Shown: positions 20,142 through 30,239 of the stretch, in pieces | Layout: each line of letters begins with the position of its first letter | Position numbering within the stretch: position 1 is the stretch's first letter | Virus record (IMG/VR): IMGVR_UViG_3300020460_000012 | Source: a virus | Lineage: Duplodnaviria > Caudoviricetes | DNA length: 64,000 bases | Strand: one strand, 5' to 3' | The notes under the pieces: generated by a model | Database searches by the model: none | What the model was told of the DNA's origin: nothing | What the model saw: only the letters and a program-made list of their open reading frames with translations | Made by a program: the position numbers and the translations under genes

Positions 20142-21680
20142 TTAGTGTAAAGCTACCCAAGCTGTTCCGTCATAACCTTGGAACTTAGCAGTACCTACGT
20201 GGAAAATTATCATACCTGCTTGAGGATTTGTTACAGCTGAATTTCTTGCCGCATCGTCTGCAAAGTTAGGAACTTTCACAGGACCTGTAAATGCCGCAGT
20301 TGAATCTATTGTACCAATGGATAGTACAACTTGTTGAGTACCGTCTGCCTTCGTATTATACATCTGTATTGAAGCAGGTATATGTGTTGCTTGTGGAGCC
20401 GCATCTACTACAGATCTAATACCAGAAGCACCTTTGTATGCTGATCCGTTGTAACCAGCCATTCCGTAACCACCTAACACATCACCTATTTGTACAGCAG
20501 TTGGAGCTGATTTTGTTCCTCTAGCTCTAAGTACTCCCATACTTGAACCAAAGCTACTATCATTTGCATGTAGAATTGAAACAGGTATTGTACCTTCTGT
20601 AGCAGTGTCGTTATAAATTCTTAGTGTTTTACTTCCTACTGATGCTTGACTACTTCCAACTATTGTATTTCTTGGAAATTGTATTGTACCGTTAGCCGCC
20701 TCTGTTGAAATAATAAAGTTAGTACCAGTGCTATTTGTAACCAAGTACATAGTGTTAGGGTCAGTAAGTGTACCTAAATGTACATTCCTACCTTGTACAC
20801 TTTCTGATTTTACTGGACCTGTTACATAACCTGATATACCATCAATCATAGTCGACGAATCATCTGCAAAAACTGAACCTTTAAAAGTACCATTATGGTC
20901 ACCATTCGAAGTTCCGTTGAATGTGCCATTAAATGTAGCAGTTTTGCTGTCAACAATTCTAGTTGAATCTGTAGCAAATATATCACCTTGCACATCACCA
21001 AAAAACTGACCAGTGTCAGCTTCGAATATTTTTACAGTACCAGCCGCAACAGATGTGTAAATATCACCTTGGAAATTACCAATAAAATCTCCATTAAATC
21101 TTGCTAGATTTGGATCATATGCTACAGTTCCGTTATCGTGTTTTAATTTGAGTCCGTTTGCTGTCTTTTCGCTTGTATCAATAAGTGTGGTAATGGAATT
21201 AACTTTTAAATCACCGCCTACTACATCACCTACAATTGAGCTAGTAATATGGTCTACCAGTAAACTACTATCTGAACCAACAATAGATAGCCTCATTTGG
21301 CTATCAACTAATGCACTAGCAACAAAATTTGTACCATCATGCAGTAAAATATCACCATTGTTTGGTTGCCCATCTGGATAAAGTATATCAGTGTGTTGGT
21401 TGGCGTTACCAAATGATACTGATTCAAGGTTTGTAGGTCTCCAGTCTGCTGTACCGCCGTTATATGCTAAAACCTGTCCATTTGAAACTGTACCAACTGT
21501 AACATCTGAAAGGCTATTAAGGTTGCCACCACCGGCACCACCTTGTACTATATTACCGCCAGCAGTAGTTCCATCACCTATGTAAAGTGCTTTTGTATCA
21601 GTGGTGTAGATAAGCTCACCCGCTTTAGGCGTGATAAGCTGACGTTCTGCGTTAGTACCTCGTCTTAGCCTTAATGCCAT
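20142..21680 (-). CDS. Tail fibre/virion protein with Mtd-like N-terminal domain
   Basis: 'MALRLRRGT..ER....PKAGELIYTTDTKALYIGDG' N-terminus; Gly/Asp repeats; late promoter upstream. Confidence 0.7.
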   Translation of the reverse strand: MALRLRRGTNAERQLITPKAGELIYTTDTKALYIGDGTTAGGNIVQGGAGGGNLNSLSDVTVGTVSNGQVLAYNGGTADWRPTNLESVSFGNANQHTDILYPDGQPNNGDILLHDGTNFVASALVDSQMRLSIVGSDSSLLVDHITSSIVGDVVGGDLKVNSITTLIDTSEKTANGLKLKHDNGTVAYDPNLARFNGDFIGNFQGDIYTSVAAGTVKIFEADTGQFFGDVQGDIFATDSTRIVDSKTATFNGTFNGTSNGDHNGTFKGSVFADDSSTMIDGISGYVTGPVKSESVQGRNVHLGTLTDPNTMYLVTNSTGTNFIISTEAANGTIQFPRNTIVGSSQASVGSKTLRIYNDTATEGTIPVSILHANDSSFGSSMGVLRARGTKSAPTAVQIGDVLGGYGMAGYNGSAYKGASGIRSVVDAAPQATHIPASIQMYNTKADGTQQVVLSIGTIDSTAAFTGPVKVPNFADDAARNSAVTNPQAGMIIFHVGTAKFQGYDGTAWVALH

Positions 21681-21713
21681 GTTAATAACTCCTGGATCTT
21701 CATTTCTTATTAG

Positions 21714-21721
21714 TATTTATA
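21714..21721 (-). promoter_or_regulatory. T4-type late promoter TATAAATA
   Basis: Exact T4 late consensus upstream of the fibre gene. Confidence 0.7.
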
Positions 21722-21747
21722 CCTTTTTAGAGATAAACTTCGTTTAA

Positions 21748-22062
21748 TTATTTACGCTTCATAAAAGTTTTTGTTTGGGTTTTGACATCATTTACTAGAC
21801 TAGGAGTATCTAGCTTAAATTCAACATATTGAATCATTTCGTTGTATTCTTTAAAAAAGGTATTTAGAGTCTCCTCTAACGACATCATGCCGGATTTGCC
21901 AGCAGTTTTATTTTTGTCGATGTCTATATCCCACTTTTTACCGTCAGTAAATGTTACTTGCACACTTACTATGTATTTGACAGGAATAGCTTTTAGTTCG
22001 ACATGTTCGAAAACTTCTGGCCAATAATCAACTACTTCTGCTGGTAGACGATTCTTAGACAC
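21748..22062 (-). CDS. Hypothetical phage protein
   Basis: Compact ORF overlapping its neighbour. Confidence 0.6.
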   Translation of the reverse strand: MSKNRLPAEVVDYWPEVFEHVELKAIPVKYIVSVQVTFTDGKKWDIDIDKNKTAGKSGMMSLEETLNTFFKEYNEMIQYVEFKLDTPSLVNDVKTQTKTFMKRK

Positions 22063-22657
22063 TCTCGAGAGACTTCTTAGAAGACTTCTTCTTGGTAGGA
22101 ACCAGCTCTTCTGCTTGCTCTCTTAGTCTCTTTGCTTCTTTAAACAAAGAATCAGCTTGTGAACGATATTGTGCGGCTAAATCATCATCGCTTAGTACAC
22201 CATCGTTGTCTGCTGGTTGGTTGACAGGCGTAGCTTCTTGTACAGGAGCCTCTTCAGATCCGCTTGTTTCTTCTGGGGCCTTAAGTGCTAAATCAGCTAC
22301 AGTTACACCTTTTTGTTCTGCAATTATCTTGTTTAGTTCTGCAAGATTTACAACATCATTAGTTGTAGGAGTCATTTCAACTGTATCACTAGGAACTTTC
22401 ATCATCTTTCCTTGTGTATGAAATCTTGCAAGCATATTTGAACCATCTGGTAGCATAGTTCTTGCCATTACAGTTGCAAATTCGTCAGCTTCTTGTCCAG
22501 CCGATCCCTCTACAGTTTTAATTAATGTGTCGTGTTCTTCAGCCGCCAAACTTTGTGTTTGTACAATGACACTTTGGTCAGCTTCACCAGGTACTACCCT
22601 GTAAGCTACTATCACCTTACTTTGATTGTTGGCCATTCGGCCTACATGTTTTAACAT
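22055..22657 (-). CDS. Hypothetical phage protein
   Basis: ORF with GGAG SD. Confidence 0.65.
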   Translation of the reverse strand: MLKHVGRMANNQSKVIVAYRVVPGEADQSVIVQTQSLAAEEHDTLIKTVEGSAGQEADEFATVMARTMLPDGSNMLARFHTQGKMMKVPSDTVEMTPTTNDVVNLAELNKIIAEQKGVTVADLALKAPEETSGSEEAPVQEATPVNQPADNDGVLSDDDLAAQYRSQADSLFKEAKRLREQAEELVPTKKKSSKKSLESV

Positions 22658-22667
22658 ATTTTTCTCC

Positions 22668-22952
22668 TTAAGATGCCGGTTGCTGAGGCTGTTGTTGTGC
22701 TACTGCTTGAAGGAAAGTTTCTAACTTTTGATAAGTTTGTCCAACAGTTACCATTTCGTTAGGTCTAAAAGCACCTCGCTGACTAGCAACATCAATAATA
22801 CTTTTAATAGACTGCAAATCCTGAACGGTTAAATCAGGTCCGGCTTGAGCCTCAGGTGCCGCTTCAGATGGTGTACCTACAGGCTCACCAGCAAGTGCAG
22901 TTGCCGCATCTGCCGCGTCTACTGAATCATTTTTTGCTTCATTATCGCTCAT
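22668..22952 (-). CDS. Hypothetical phage protein
   Basis: ORF with AGGAG SD. Confidence 0.65.
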   Translation of the reverse strand: MSDNEAKNDSVDAADAATALAGEPVGTPSEAAPEAQAGPDLTVQDLQSIKSIIDVASQRGAFRPNEMVTVGQTYQKLETFLQAVAQQQPQQPAS

Positions 22953-22989
22953 AATTTTTTCTCCTATATAATTAATTATGTTAAATTTA

Positions 22990-23271
22990 TTATGAGTACT
23001 TTAAATGTGGACAAGCTAACATAAAGTAACTCATATCTCTATTTTCTTCAAACCCAACAGTAATTATCTGAGAAAGTTTGTTGTCTTTGTCTAAAGTGAC
23101 TTTGCGTCCAACGTAATATCTGTTCTTAACATTAGATTGAATCCATTTACTTAGACTTGTTTCTAGGTTGTATTTTAATGGTAAGTCAACGTATTCAAAA
23201 TAAGGCACAGGTGATTTTACCTGCCTAATGTTGAAAACATTAAACGGATTAGGTTTTTTATCTTTTATCAT
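22990..23271 (-). CDS. Hypothetical phage protein
   Basis: ATGA overlap with the vWA gene. Confidence 0.6.
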   Translation of the reverse strand: MIKDKKPNPFNVFNIRQVKSPVPYFEYVDLPLKYNLETSLSKWIQSNVKNRYYVGRKVTLDKDNKLSQIITVGFEENRDMSYFMLACPHLKYS

Positions 23272-24713
23272 GCGGCTTCTTCATAGTGTGCAGTTATACC
23301 AAAAGGTGCCTGCAAGTTTTTATCTCTGTTACTATGGATTACAAATACAGTTTCACAGTAGTCTTCTTCTCCCCAAGAATCCCATGCATATCCATCTGTA
23401 AACATAAGAAGTTTTTTAGGAACAATATTGTGTTCTTTCATGTAGGTCCAATTTACCATAAAGTCGGTGCCACCACCGCCGTGTACTTCATAGTCCTCTA
23501 AGCTTTCTCCGCCATCTGCACTGAAGTCTGCTTCATTGTATACTTCAGTGTCAAAGCACCACAATTTAATATTGTAGTCTCTGTATTCATCCATAATACC
23601 TTTTACTTCACCTAAAAAATCTTTAGCCTGATCGTTGCCAATTGAACCTGACATATCAATACAGATGCACAAATCAATAGTTTCTTGAAAATTCATTCCA
23701 GGAAGTATAGCACCAGTATGCCATCCCTTCCTACCAGGACGACTAAAAGTGTAATCATCACGTATAGTAGATTGTATTTGTTGACGTAGTATTTCACGCC
23801 AGTTCATTTTAGGTTCTGTAAACTCTTTTATCATACGTTCAACACCTGCAGGAACATTACCAGCACCTGCACTCTGTGCCGCCGAGATCATGTTTTCTTT
23901 AATCTCGTCACGTATCTTTCTAAGCTCTTCTTTACTGTATGAAGGTCGACCTTTTCCTTTAGTAGGCTCACCGTCTCCACTATTAGCACTAGGTGCTTGT
24001 CCTTGTTGATCTTCGTTAGGATCTTTACTCCAGTCAACATGCTCATCAAGAAGTTCGCCTAGTTGTTTAAGTTCTTCTTCATCAAATTTTTGTTCAAGAT
24101 CATCATATACTTCTTCAGAAGTCCAATTTTCATATTTAAAATCTTGGTAACAATCAATTATCTTAGGCTTCTCTCCAATACCTTCACGTACCAAAAGATT
24201 ATTTACAATATAATCACATGCAATATTATAAAGCATTGCATCTCTATCTTCACGTCTTAAAAGGTGATCAAATACACAATGTAATATTTCGTGTGCAATA
24301 ACAAATTCAATCTCACGATTGTTTAGAGCATTAAAAAACTGTGTGTTAAAATATAAGTTCCTACCATCTACTGCGGCTGTAGGACACCAATCATCTGCAG
24401 GTACAATTCTAAGGCGTGTAGCCATATTGCCAAAGAAAGGATGCCTTAGTAGTAAACCTACACGGGCAACAATAATGCGATCTTGTACATCTTCTCGCAT
24501 TAATTTTAATTCTTCTTCAGTAAGATCTGGATTAGGCTTCCAATTCTTTTTGCCTATTTGCTCTCTGACACCATTTAACACTCTGCCCATATCAACGTTT
24601 TTACCTATTTTTGGAATAGGTGCATTTGAGTTTGGGTCTTCATTTAATGCATGATTAGTGATATGCTCAATCATTGCATTTTCTTCTTGAATTTGTTTTT
24701 GTGTCAGTGCCAT
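23268..24713 (-). CDS. Metallopeptidase-like + vWA domain protein (DUF2201-like), MoxR partner
   Basis: HEILH (HExxH), MIDAS 'CIDMSGS', 'GGGGTDF'. Confidence 0.85.
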   Translation of the reverse strand: MALTQKQIQEENAMIEHITNHALNEDPNSNAPIPKIGKNVDMGRVLNGVREQIGKKNWKPNPDLTEEELKLMREDVQDRIIVARVGLLLRHPFFGNMATRLRIVPADDWCPTAAVDGRNLYFNTQFFNALNNREIEFVIAHEILHCVFDHLLRREDRDAMLYNIACDYIVNNLLVREGIGEKPKIIDCYQDFKYENWTSEEVYDDLEQKFDEEELKQLGELLDEHVDWSKDPNEDQQGQAPSANSGDGEPTKGKGRPSYSKEELRKIRDEIKENMISAAQSAGAGNVPAGVERMIKEFTEPKMNWREILRQQIQSTIRDDYTFSRPGRKGWHTGAILPGMNFQETIDLCICIDMSGSIGNDQAKDFLGEVKGIMDEYRDYNIKLWCFDTEVYNEADFSADGGESLEDYEVHGGGGTDFMVNWTYMKEHNIVPKKLLMFTDGYAWDSWGEEDYCETVFVIHSNRDKNLQAPFGITAHYEEAA

Positions 24714-24748
24714 TGTGCCTATACCCTCTTTTCTAACTTTATATACAT

Positions 24749-24776
24749 ATTATAACATATTTAACAAGTTTGTCAA
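24749..24776 (-). promoter_or_regulatory. sigma70 promoter TTGACA-16-TATAAT (TGn extended -10)
   Basis: Read directly from sequence. Confidence 0.7.
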
Positions 24777-24780
24777 CCAG

Positions 24781-24815
24781 AAAAATGGAGAGCGGATACA
24801 TAATACCCGCCCTCC
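24781..24815 (-). terminator. Intrinsic terminator after the MoxR gene
   Basis: 12-bp stem GGAGGGCGGGTA/TATCCGCTCTCC (2 G-U pairs), 5-nt loop, T-tract. Confidence 0.75.
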
Positions 24816-24821
24816 TAGCTA

Positions 24822-25910
24822 TTAAGACGCCTGAGCGGCCTTAATATACTTGCCATATCGCTCGTGGAATTCGTCAAAGCATTCCACTGCGTCTGGGTCA
24901 ATGGGTAACGAATATTGAGTAAGTGCGAGCTTTATGCCCATTACAACTAACTCAGTATCAAAGTTATCCATTGAAAATCGCAGGAAGTTGTTGACTTTAT
25001 CGTCAAACTTTTTGTCACCTTTATCACATGCTTCTTTCAGCTCGTAACATAATGACACAGTGAGGGAATACATAGCACTGATTTCTTTACTGGTCATCTC
25101 AGTGACCTTCCCTGCGAGTATATCAGTTGGATTAGGCATTTGACTAGCAACCTTACGGTGTGCCATAAACTTCACTGCTAGTCCTTCACCAACTGCACCA
25201 CTAACCAAATCGGTTGTAGTGGATTCGTCTACATCGTCATCCAATAATTCTGAAATGAACGACCACGAACGAGGTGTTGCAAAAGAACGACTTGGACTTT
25301 TCGGATCAAAGTCATATAAGTCTTTCTTCGCAAAAGTTAAGTAACCAACAACGTCTTGGTGTTGGTCGTTAGTAACAGCCCACTGAAACCAGTCGTCCCA
25401 AACAACTGTAAGTTCAATATGGATAAATCTGTTAGCCAACGGAGCAGGCATTCTGTATGTAACACCTTTGTCGGCCTCTCTGTTACCAGCGGCAATAATT
25501 AAAACGTTATCTGGAAGCTTATACTGTCCAATACGTCTGTTAAGTATAAGTTGATAAGCCGCCGCTTGCACACTAGGTGCCGCGGAATTCATCTCATCTA
25601 AAAATAACACAACATAGTCAAATTGTGCCGCAAATTCTTCACTAGGTAATTCTGCAGGAGGTGCCCAAACCATTGTGCCTGCATTGCTATCAAAATACGG
25701 AATACCTTTAATATCTGTAGGTTCCCATAGTGATAGTCGAATATCAATTAAATGACTGTTACCTAAGTCATTTGTAATCTGTCCAACAATATCGGACTTA
25801 CCAATGCCTGGGGGTCCCCATAAGAAGATTGGACGTTTCTTCGTCATAGCATGTCTAATGCTCTTCTTAGCTTGGTTTGGTCCTACTGTTCTAAGTGCTG
25901 TCTGTTCCAT
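24822..25910 (-). CDS. MoxR-like AAA+ ATPase
   Basis: Walker A GPPGIGKS, Walker B LFLDE, 'AAGNR', 'PLANRF'. Confidence 0.9.
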   Translation of the reverse strand: MEQTALRTVGPNQAKKSIRHAMTKKRPIFLWGPPGIGKSDIVGQITNDLGNSHLIDIRLSLWEPTDIKGIPYFDSNAGTMVWAPPAELPSEEFAAQFDYVVLFLDEMNSAAPSVQAAAYQLILNRRIGQYKLPDNVLIIAAGNREADKGVTYRMPAPLANRFIHIELTVVWDDWFQWAVTNDQHQDVVGYLTFAKKDLYDFDPKSPSRSFATPRSWSFISELLDDDVDESTTTDLVSGAVGEGLAVKFMAHRKVASQMPNPTDILAGKVTEMTSKEISAMYSLTVSLCYELKEACDKGDKKFDDKVNNFLRFSMDNFDTELVVMGIKLALTQYSLPIDPDAVECFDEFHERYGKYIKAAQAS

Positions 25911-25976
25911 TGTATTTCCCTCTGTATCTAACATAAGTGTTAAAGTTATCAGTGCTAATTTCTAACTTATATATAC

Positions 25977-26004
25977 AGTATAGCACCTTTTACATAAATG
26001 TCAA
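25977..26004 (-). promoter_or_regulatory. sigma70 promoter TTGACA-16-TATACT (TGn)
   Basis: Read directly from sequence. Confidence 0.7.
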
Positions 26005-26023
26005 CCGGAAAATACGTTTTTTT

Positions 26024-26686
26024 TTAAAAAAGATTAGAAATTTCTTGTGCAGATTTTGTATTAAAATCAATGCCAACATTAATTCGTAAGCTATTAGGAT
26101 TATCTTTTTGGACACTATGCCATTCAAAATGGTTAAAAATTAACCATTTATCTTCTACTAATTCAGCTTGGTCTGCTACTTCTAGCTTCCTTACATCAGG
26201 AATTCTGTATTCGTCAATAACCTTAAAATCTTCTGTATTCTTCCACCAAGTAGTTTTTTCTTTGTCTCCTTTTAGTAATCTAAATATGCTAGCCTTTCTA
26301 TAATGTCCTTTATGCGGATAAAGCATGGTGCCGCCAGTGCTTACTTGTAAAATAGGTTCCATTTCGTCTCTACCTAGATCTTTAATACAATCTGGTAGGC
26401 TATCTATTAATTCGTCAGCTAAGTCATCTGGTAAACTGTATTGGCTAAATTCCAATCTTGTAGCACCCGGAAACTTACGAAGCATTAATAGTTTCCTTCT
26501 CATTAGTTCTTTAGCATCTCTAACACCGACTATTTGCTCCATTTCTTTTATGGTACTGCTATGACTTAATCGTCTCCATGCTGGATTTCTTAGAATAAAT
26601 TTATCTAAAGGTGTATTTTTGATCTTTTCACATATGTCGGTTGAAAATTCATTTTCAATATATTTGTAATACATACTATCGCTCAT
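26024..26686 (-). CDS. 2OG-Fe(II) oxygenase-like protein
   Basis: 'YPHKGH', 'IFNHFEWHSV', 'RINVGIDF'. Confidence 0.4.
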   Translation of the reverse strand: MSDSMYYKYIENEFSTDICEKIKNTPLDKFILRNPAWRRLSHSSTIKEMEQIVGVRDAKELMRRKLLMLRKFPGATRLEFSQYSLPDDLADELIDSLPDCIKDLGRDEMEPILQVSTGGTMLYPHKGHYRKASIFRLLKGDKEKTTWWKNTEDFKVIDEYRIPDVRKLEVADQAELVEDKWLIFNHFEWHSVQKDNPNSLRINVGIDFNTKSAQEISNLF

Positions 26687-27260
26687 ATTGTATATTGAAG
26701 CTAATACTAATTCTTTCGTGGTCTGTTGTATTTGTATATGTACCGTGTTCTAATACTCCAGGCCATAAACCTATCAAACCTTCTTTAGCTTGTATTTGTT
26801 GATCTCCATTTATACAACCATATATAAAATTTGGAGTTAGTAGTTGTAATGGAGTTTGGAAATAAATGTTGCCGTCACGTTCGTTGGTTTGTAAATAGTA
26901 TACACCAGCTATATCATTTGCACCATGATCATGCCTATGTGCATATTGTCCTTTACATGTTTTTGTAAACCAACTTTGTGTAATGTGATATTTTCTTTCA
27001 AACTGAAATCCAATTTGGTCTAAGTAATTGTTGAGGCTTTTATCTAAAAAATTTAAAAATAATTTACAATCCATATCTGTAAGGATATCTCTGGTAAATG
27101 GGTCTTCGCTTAGATAGTGCGTATCTTTACCCCAACCTTTCTTTCTAGAAAATTTTAATTTTTGGTATGTTAAAAATAATTCATTTTGAATGGCTTTAAA
27201 TTTCTCGCCATGCACTTGATCCCAATACATAGGAGTAGGAAAATGGCCCTGTGTTGGCAT
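26676..27260 (-). CDS. Putative 2OG-Fe(II) oxygenase (TIGR02466-like)
   Basis: 'QSWF', 'HRHDH..IAGVYYL', 'LWPGVLEHG', 'RISISFN'. Confidence 0.75.
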   Translation of the reverse strand: MPTQGHFPTPMYWDQVHGEKFKAIQNELFLTYQKLKFSRKKGWGKDTHYLSEDPFTRDILTDMDCKLFLNFLDKSLNNYLDQIGFQFERKYHITQSWFTKTCKGQYAHRHDHGANDIAGVYYLQTNERDGNIYFQTPLQLLTPNFIYGCINGDQQIQAKEGLIGLWPGVLEHGTYTNTTDHERISISFNIQYER

Positions 27261-27766
27261 TATATCTCCTCTAAGCTTGGTAGTTGTCCTGTTATTTGTA
27301 ATGTATAACGGTCCGTAAGACCTATATTAGCCGCACTATGCCGACAAAAAGCATCAAATAACACAAATTCTCCTCGCTTGTAATTTACTATTGCCCTATG
27401 TTCTATATCAAAATAATGCCCCGGCTCCCAGTCTTGTAATACAATTACTGCTCGCCAAACCTTAGATTTTTCAACATTAAATAATTTTTGGTATGTTAAA
27501 AAGTGGTCTACATGTCTTGGCATAATATCTCCTGTGGACATTTTATAAAATGTAAATCCACAATTTGATAGACCTATTTTTTGTGCAATAGTGTTAAGCC
27601 ATTCAAAGTTTTCTTTGACTACACACATTTCGCCAGTAAAACTATCATGTTTATAACCTTGGCGTTTCCATTCTGTTATATCATCTGCATACGCAGATTG
27701 TTTTTTATAATTTAATTTTTTATACTCATCATTTACGGGAAGATCTACTTGTCCTTGAAACCACAT
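27260..27766 (-). CDS. 2OG-Fe(II) oxygenase-like protein
   Basis: 'PRHVDH', 'RHSAAN', 'RYTLQITG'. Confidence 0.6.
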   Translation of the reverse strand: MWFQGQVDLPVNDEYKKLNYKKQSAYADDITEWKRQGYKHDSFTGEMCVVKENFEWLNTIAQKIGLSNCGFTFYKMSTGDIMPRHVDHFLTYQKLFNVEKSKVWRAVIVLQDWEPGHYFDIEHRAIVNYKRGEFVLFDAFCRHSAANIGLTDRYTLQITGQLPSLEEI

Positions 27767-27768
27767 TA

Positions 27769-28155
27769 TTAACCTTTCTCTGTTGTTCTTGACATTGCCT
27801 TTGTTAAACCATATTTTCTTAAGTCTCCTGAAAAAAGACTAAGTTCGACTGCTTTCTTTTCGTTTGTAACAACAATAGATCTTGGTCCAATATAGTAAGG
27901 ACAATCTATAAACTTATCTAAGAATATTATTACCTGTGTAGTCAAAGGCATATCTTTTGGGTAAGGTACATCATATGTTGCTAAATCGATTTCATTAATT
28001 ACGTCAAATCCAGCTTCTGTTAATCTAAGTCCTCCTTGGCCTTTATCCCTTGTGTTTTTCCACCACAAAGGCATAAATTCTTTAATTGATACTTCGTTTG
28101 CACTTTTACCTTGTTCTTTTAAAAAGATTTTGGTATATGCTTCTTTCCAGTTCAT
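27769..28155 (-). CDS. Hypothetical phage protein
   Basis: ORF in a tightly packed operon. Confidence 0.6.
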   Translation of the reverse strand: MNWKEAYTKIFLKEQGKSANEVSIKEFMPLWWKNTRDKGQGGLRLTEAGFDVINEIDLATYDVPYPKDMPLTTQVIIFLDKFIDCPYYIGPRSIVVTNEKKAVELSLFSGDLRKYGLTKAMSRTTEKG

Positions 28156-28442
28156 TCCTCTGTAACTACTTCGCCATCGGTAAGTTTGTACACTGCAAAT
28201 GCTTCGCTGTCGAACATATCATTTAGTTTTTTAGCTAGATTGTGTGCATGTCCTGGATTTGAAAAAGAAACTTTCTTATACTTTGGGCCAGGGTAATTTG
28301 TTAGCATATTTGCACTTTTTAAATTAAATGGCTTTTCTTGATAAAACACAGCCCAAATAGCTTCAGCTTCTAATACTTGATCTGCCTTATAATTGTCGTT
28401 ATTAATATGCTCTAGAATTACTGTTGGTTTCGGTCTGCTCAT
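28152..28442 (-). CDS. Hypothetical phage protein
   Basis: ORF; GATAAATA at 28471-28478. Confidence 0.6.
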   Translation of the reverse strand: MSRPKPTVILEHINNDNYKADQVLEAEAIWAVFYQEKPFNLKSANMLTNYPGPKYKKVSFSNPGHAHNLAKKLNDMFDSEAFAVYKLTDGEVVTEE

Positions 28443-28500
28443 ATACGTATCCTTCTATTAACTACGTATATATTTATCTCTTTTTACATTAACTGCATAC

Positions 28501-28743
28501 TTATTTCCAGCCTGCACCTCCATCTACATTAACTTCTATTACTTCATCTGACTTAGTGCTTTCTGCAACTAATTTTTCAAGATCTCCTTCAAGTCTTGAC
28601 ATAACTATACCCAATGTAAATGCTAAATTTTTAGCAGTAGCAATATCTATATTAACATTTCTAGCTTGACTTTGGTCAGCACTTTTTACTGTTTGAATAA
28701 ATTGCTGAATAGGTATAGTGTTTAGTGTATTATCTATTGGCAA
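28501..28743 (-). CDS. Hypothetical phage protein
   Basis: ORF overlapping the upstream gene. Confidence 0.6.
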   Translation of the reverse strand: MPIDNTLNTIPIQQFIQTVKSADQSQARNVNIDIATAKNLAFTLGIVMSRLEGDLEKLVAESTKSDEVIEVNVDGGAGWK

Positions 28744-29197
28744 TTGACAACTCCTGCCTCATCTCAACATCAGTTTTAAAAGGCCCTTTTGATTCATATC
28801 GTTCTATTGTTACTAGCTTAGGACAAAAACTTTTGACCCAACCCTTGTCGAAATGTATAATATAATATCCTGCACAATATAAACTATTAGATTTTGACGA
28901 TTTTGTAAAAAGAGGTAATTTACGTTTTACATCATACATAGTGTTGTATGGTGTTACACTTGTAGGAAAGCCATGCACGATTTTTTCAGAATTTTTAATT
29001 TTTTTCGGTACATCGTTATCCCAAGTAATAGTTCCTAATTTTTTGCTTATTTGTCTTTGATTGTCAAAAAAGCATGTTTCATCATTACAAGAATAAAGAT
29101 ACCTATCATCATTATAGCTTAGTGTGCCTACCTTTTGCCCATTATCCTCAACAATCCAAAATTTATTTTTTAAAACTGTACTAATTTTTATTGTCAT
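28730..29197 (-). CDS. Hypothetical phage protein
   Basis: Probable start ATG 29197, overlapping the RNase H stop. Confidence 0.6.
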   Translation of the reverse strand: MTIKISTVLKNKFWIVEDNGQKVGTLSYNDDRYLYSCNDETCFFDNQRQISKKLGTITWDNDVPKKIKNSEKIVHGFPTSVTPYNTMYDVKRKLPLFTKSSKSNSLYCAGYYIIHFDKGWVKSFCPKLVTIERYESKGPFKTDVEMRQELSIANR

Positions 29198-30180
29198 GCA
29201 GGGTACCTCGCTTGTAATGGTTGGGCATAATGAGAAGCCTGGTCTGCAATTTTCTGCATATCCCATTTTGCACAAAATTTCATAAGACGCATACCAACTT
29301 GTGAAATTTCTTTAGGAGTCATCGACTCTTCTATCACATCATTTATAATACTACGAATGTTACCAGGTTGTGCAGACAAATCACATAATATTACATTTCT
29401 ATTGTAATCATCTAATACACGATGTTCTACACCTTCATGATCTACCCAACGTTGTAGCATCATATTATTCCAGTTAAACCCTTTTGTATCTTTATCAGCA
29501 AATGCTTCTATAAGGCCGACTTTGTTCTTAGTGCCTTTTTTACGTACACCAGGATAAGCAGAAAAGACGTTATCGCTTGTGTCACCACGCATACATTTTT
29601 CAAATAACATAAATGCAGGATCTGGAGCAGGCTTTGCTTCTTTAGTTTTTTTATCAATTACAGGAGCACCTTTGTCTGTAAAATAACCTTCATGTGTAAT
29701 TGTTGTATTACTTACACCGTTATACTGTTTTACATTAGGTGCAATAAGTTGTGCAAAGTCACCATCAGTAGATATAATAACATGATTGTCACGCGGATGA
29801 GATTGTATCCAACCTGCAATAAGATCATCAGCTTCTAGCTGGGAATGTTGCATAACTGTGCAATTTGTTTTATCTGTAACAAAGTTTTTAAATTCGTCGA
29901 ATACTTCCCAAAAAAGGGTATCTTCTTCAGCCTCTTTAGCAGTAAGAGCATCACGTGCTACTTGCCTATTTCTTTTGTAAGGCTCATAAAAATCCTTACG
30001 CCAACTACGACCTTCTAGACAAAAAACAACATGATCTGCATCAAAGTCTTGCCATGCCTTTTTAATACTATTAAGAGTAATATGGAGAGCCATACCTACT
30101 TTAGTATCAAGATCACCACGGACTACGTGTCTAGCACGAAAGAATGTATTTGCAGTATCAACTAGTACATATGTACTCAT
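29194..30180 (-). CDS. rnh: T4 RNase H-like 5'-3' exonuclease (FEN family)
   Basis: 'VLVDTAN', 'LEADDLIA', 'STDGDFAQL', 'GDTSDNV'. Confidence 0.85.
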   Translation of the reverse strand: MSTYVLVDTANTFFRARHVVRGDLDTKVGMALHITLNSIKKAWQDFDADHVVFCLEGRSWRKDFYEPYKRNRQVARDALTAKEAEEDTLFWEVFDEFKNFVTDKTNCTVMQHSQLEADDLIAGWIQSHPRDNHVIISTDGDFAQLIAPNVKQYNGVSNTTITHEGYFTDKGAPVIDKKTKEAKPAPDPAFMLFEKCMRGDTSDNVFSAYPGVRKKGTKNKVGLIEAFADKDTKGFNWNNMMLQRWVDHEGVEHRVLDDYNRNVILCDLSAQPGNIRSIINDVIEESMTPKEISQVGMRLMKFCAKWDMQKIADQASHYAQPLQARYPA

Positions 30181-30209
30181 AAGTCAGTCCTTTACTAAAA
30201 TTATAGTTT

Positions 30210-30238
30210 ATTATAACATATGAATAAATCTTTGTCAA
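30210..30238 (-). promoter_or_regulatory. sigma70 promoter TTGACA-17-TATAAT
   Basis: Perfect consensus. Confidence 0.85.
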
Positions 30239-30239
30239 C

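Noticed and set aside
20142-21680. Diversity-generating retroelement targeting the Mtd-like fibre
   Set aside because: No reverse transcriptase, template/variable repeat pair or C-type lectin C-terminus is visible in the window.
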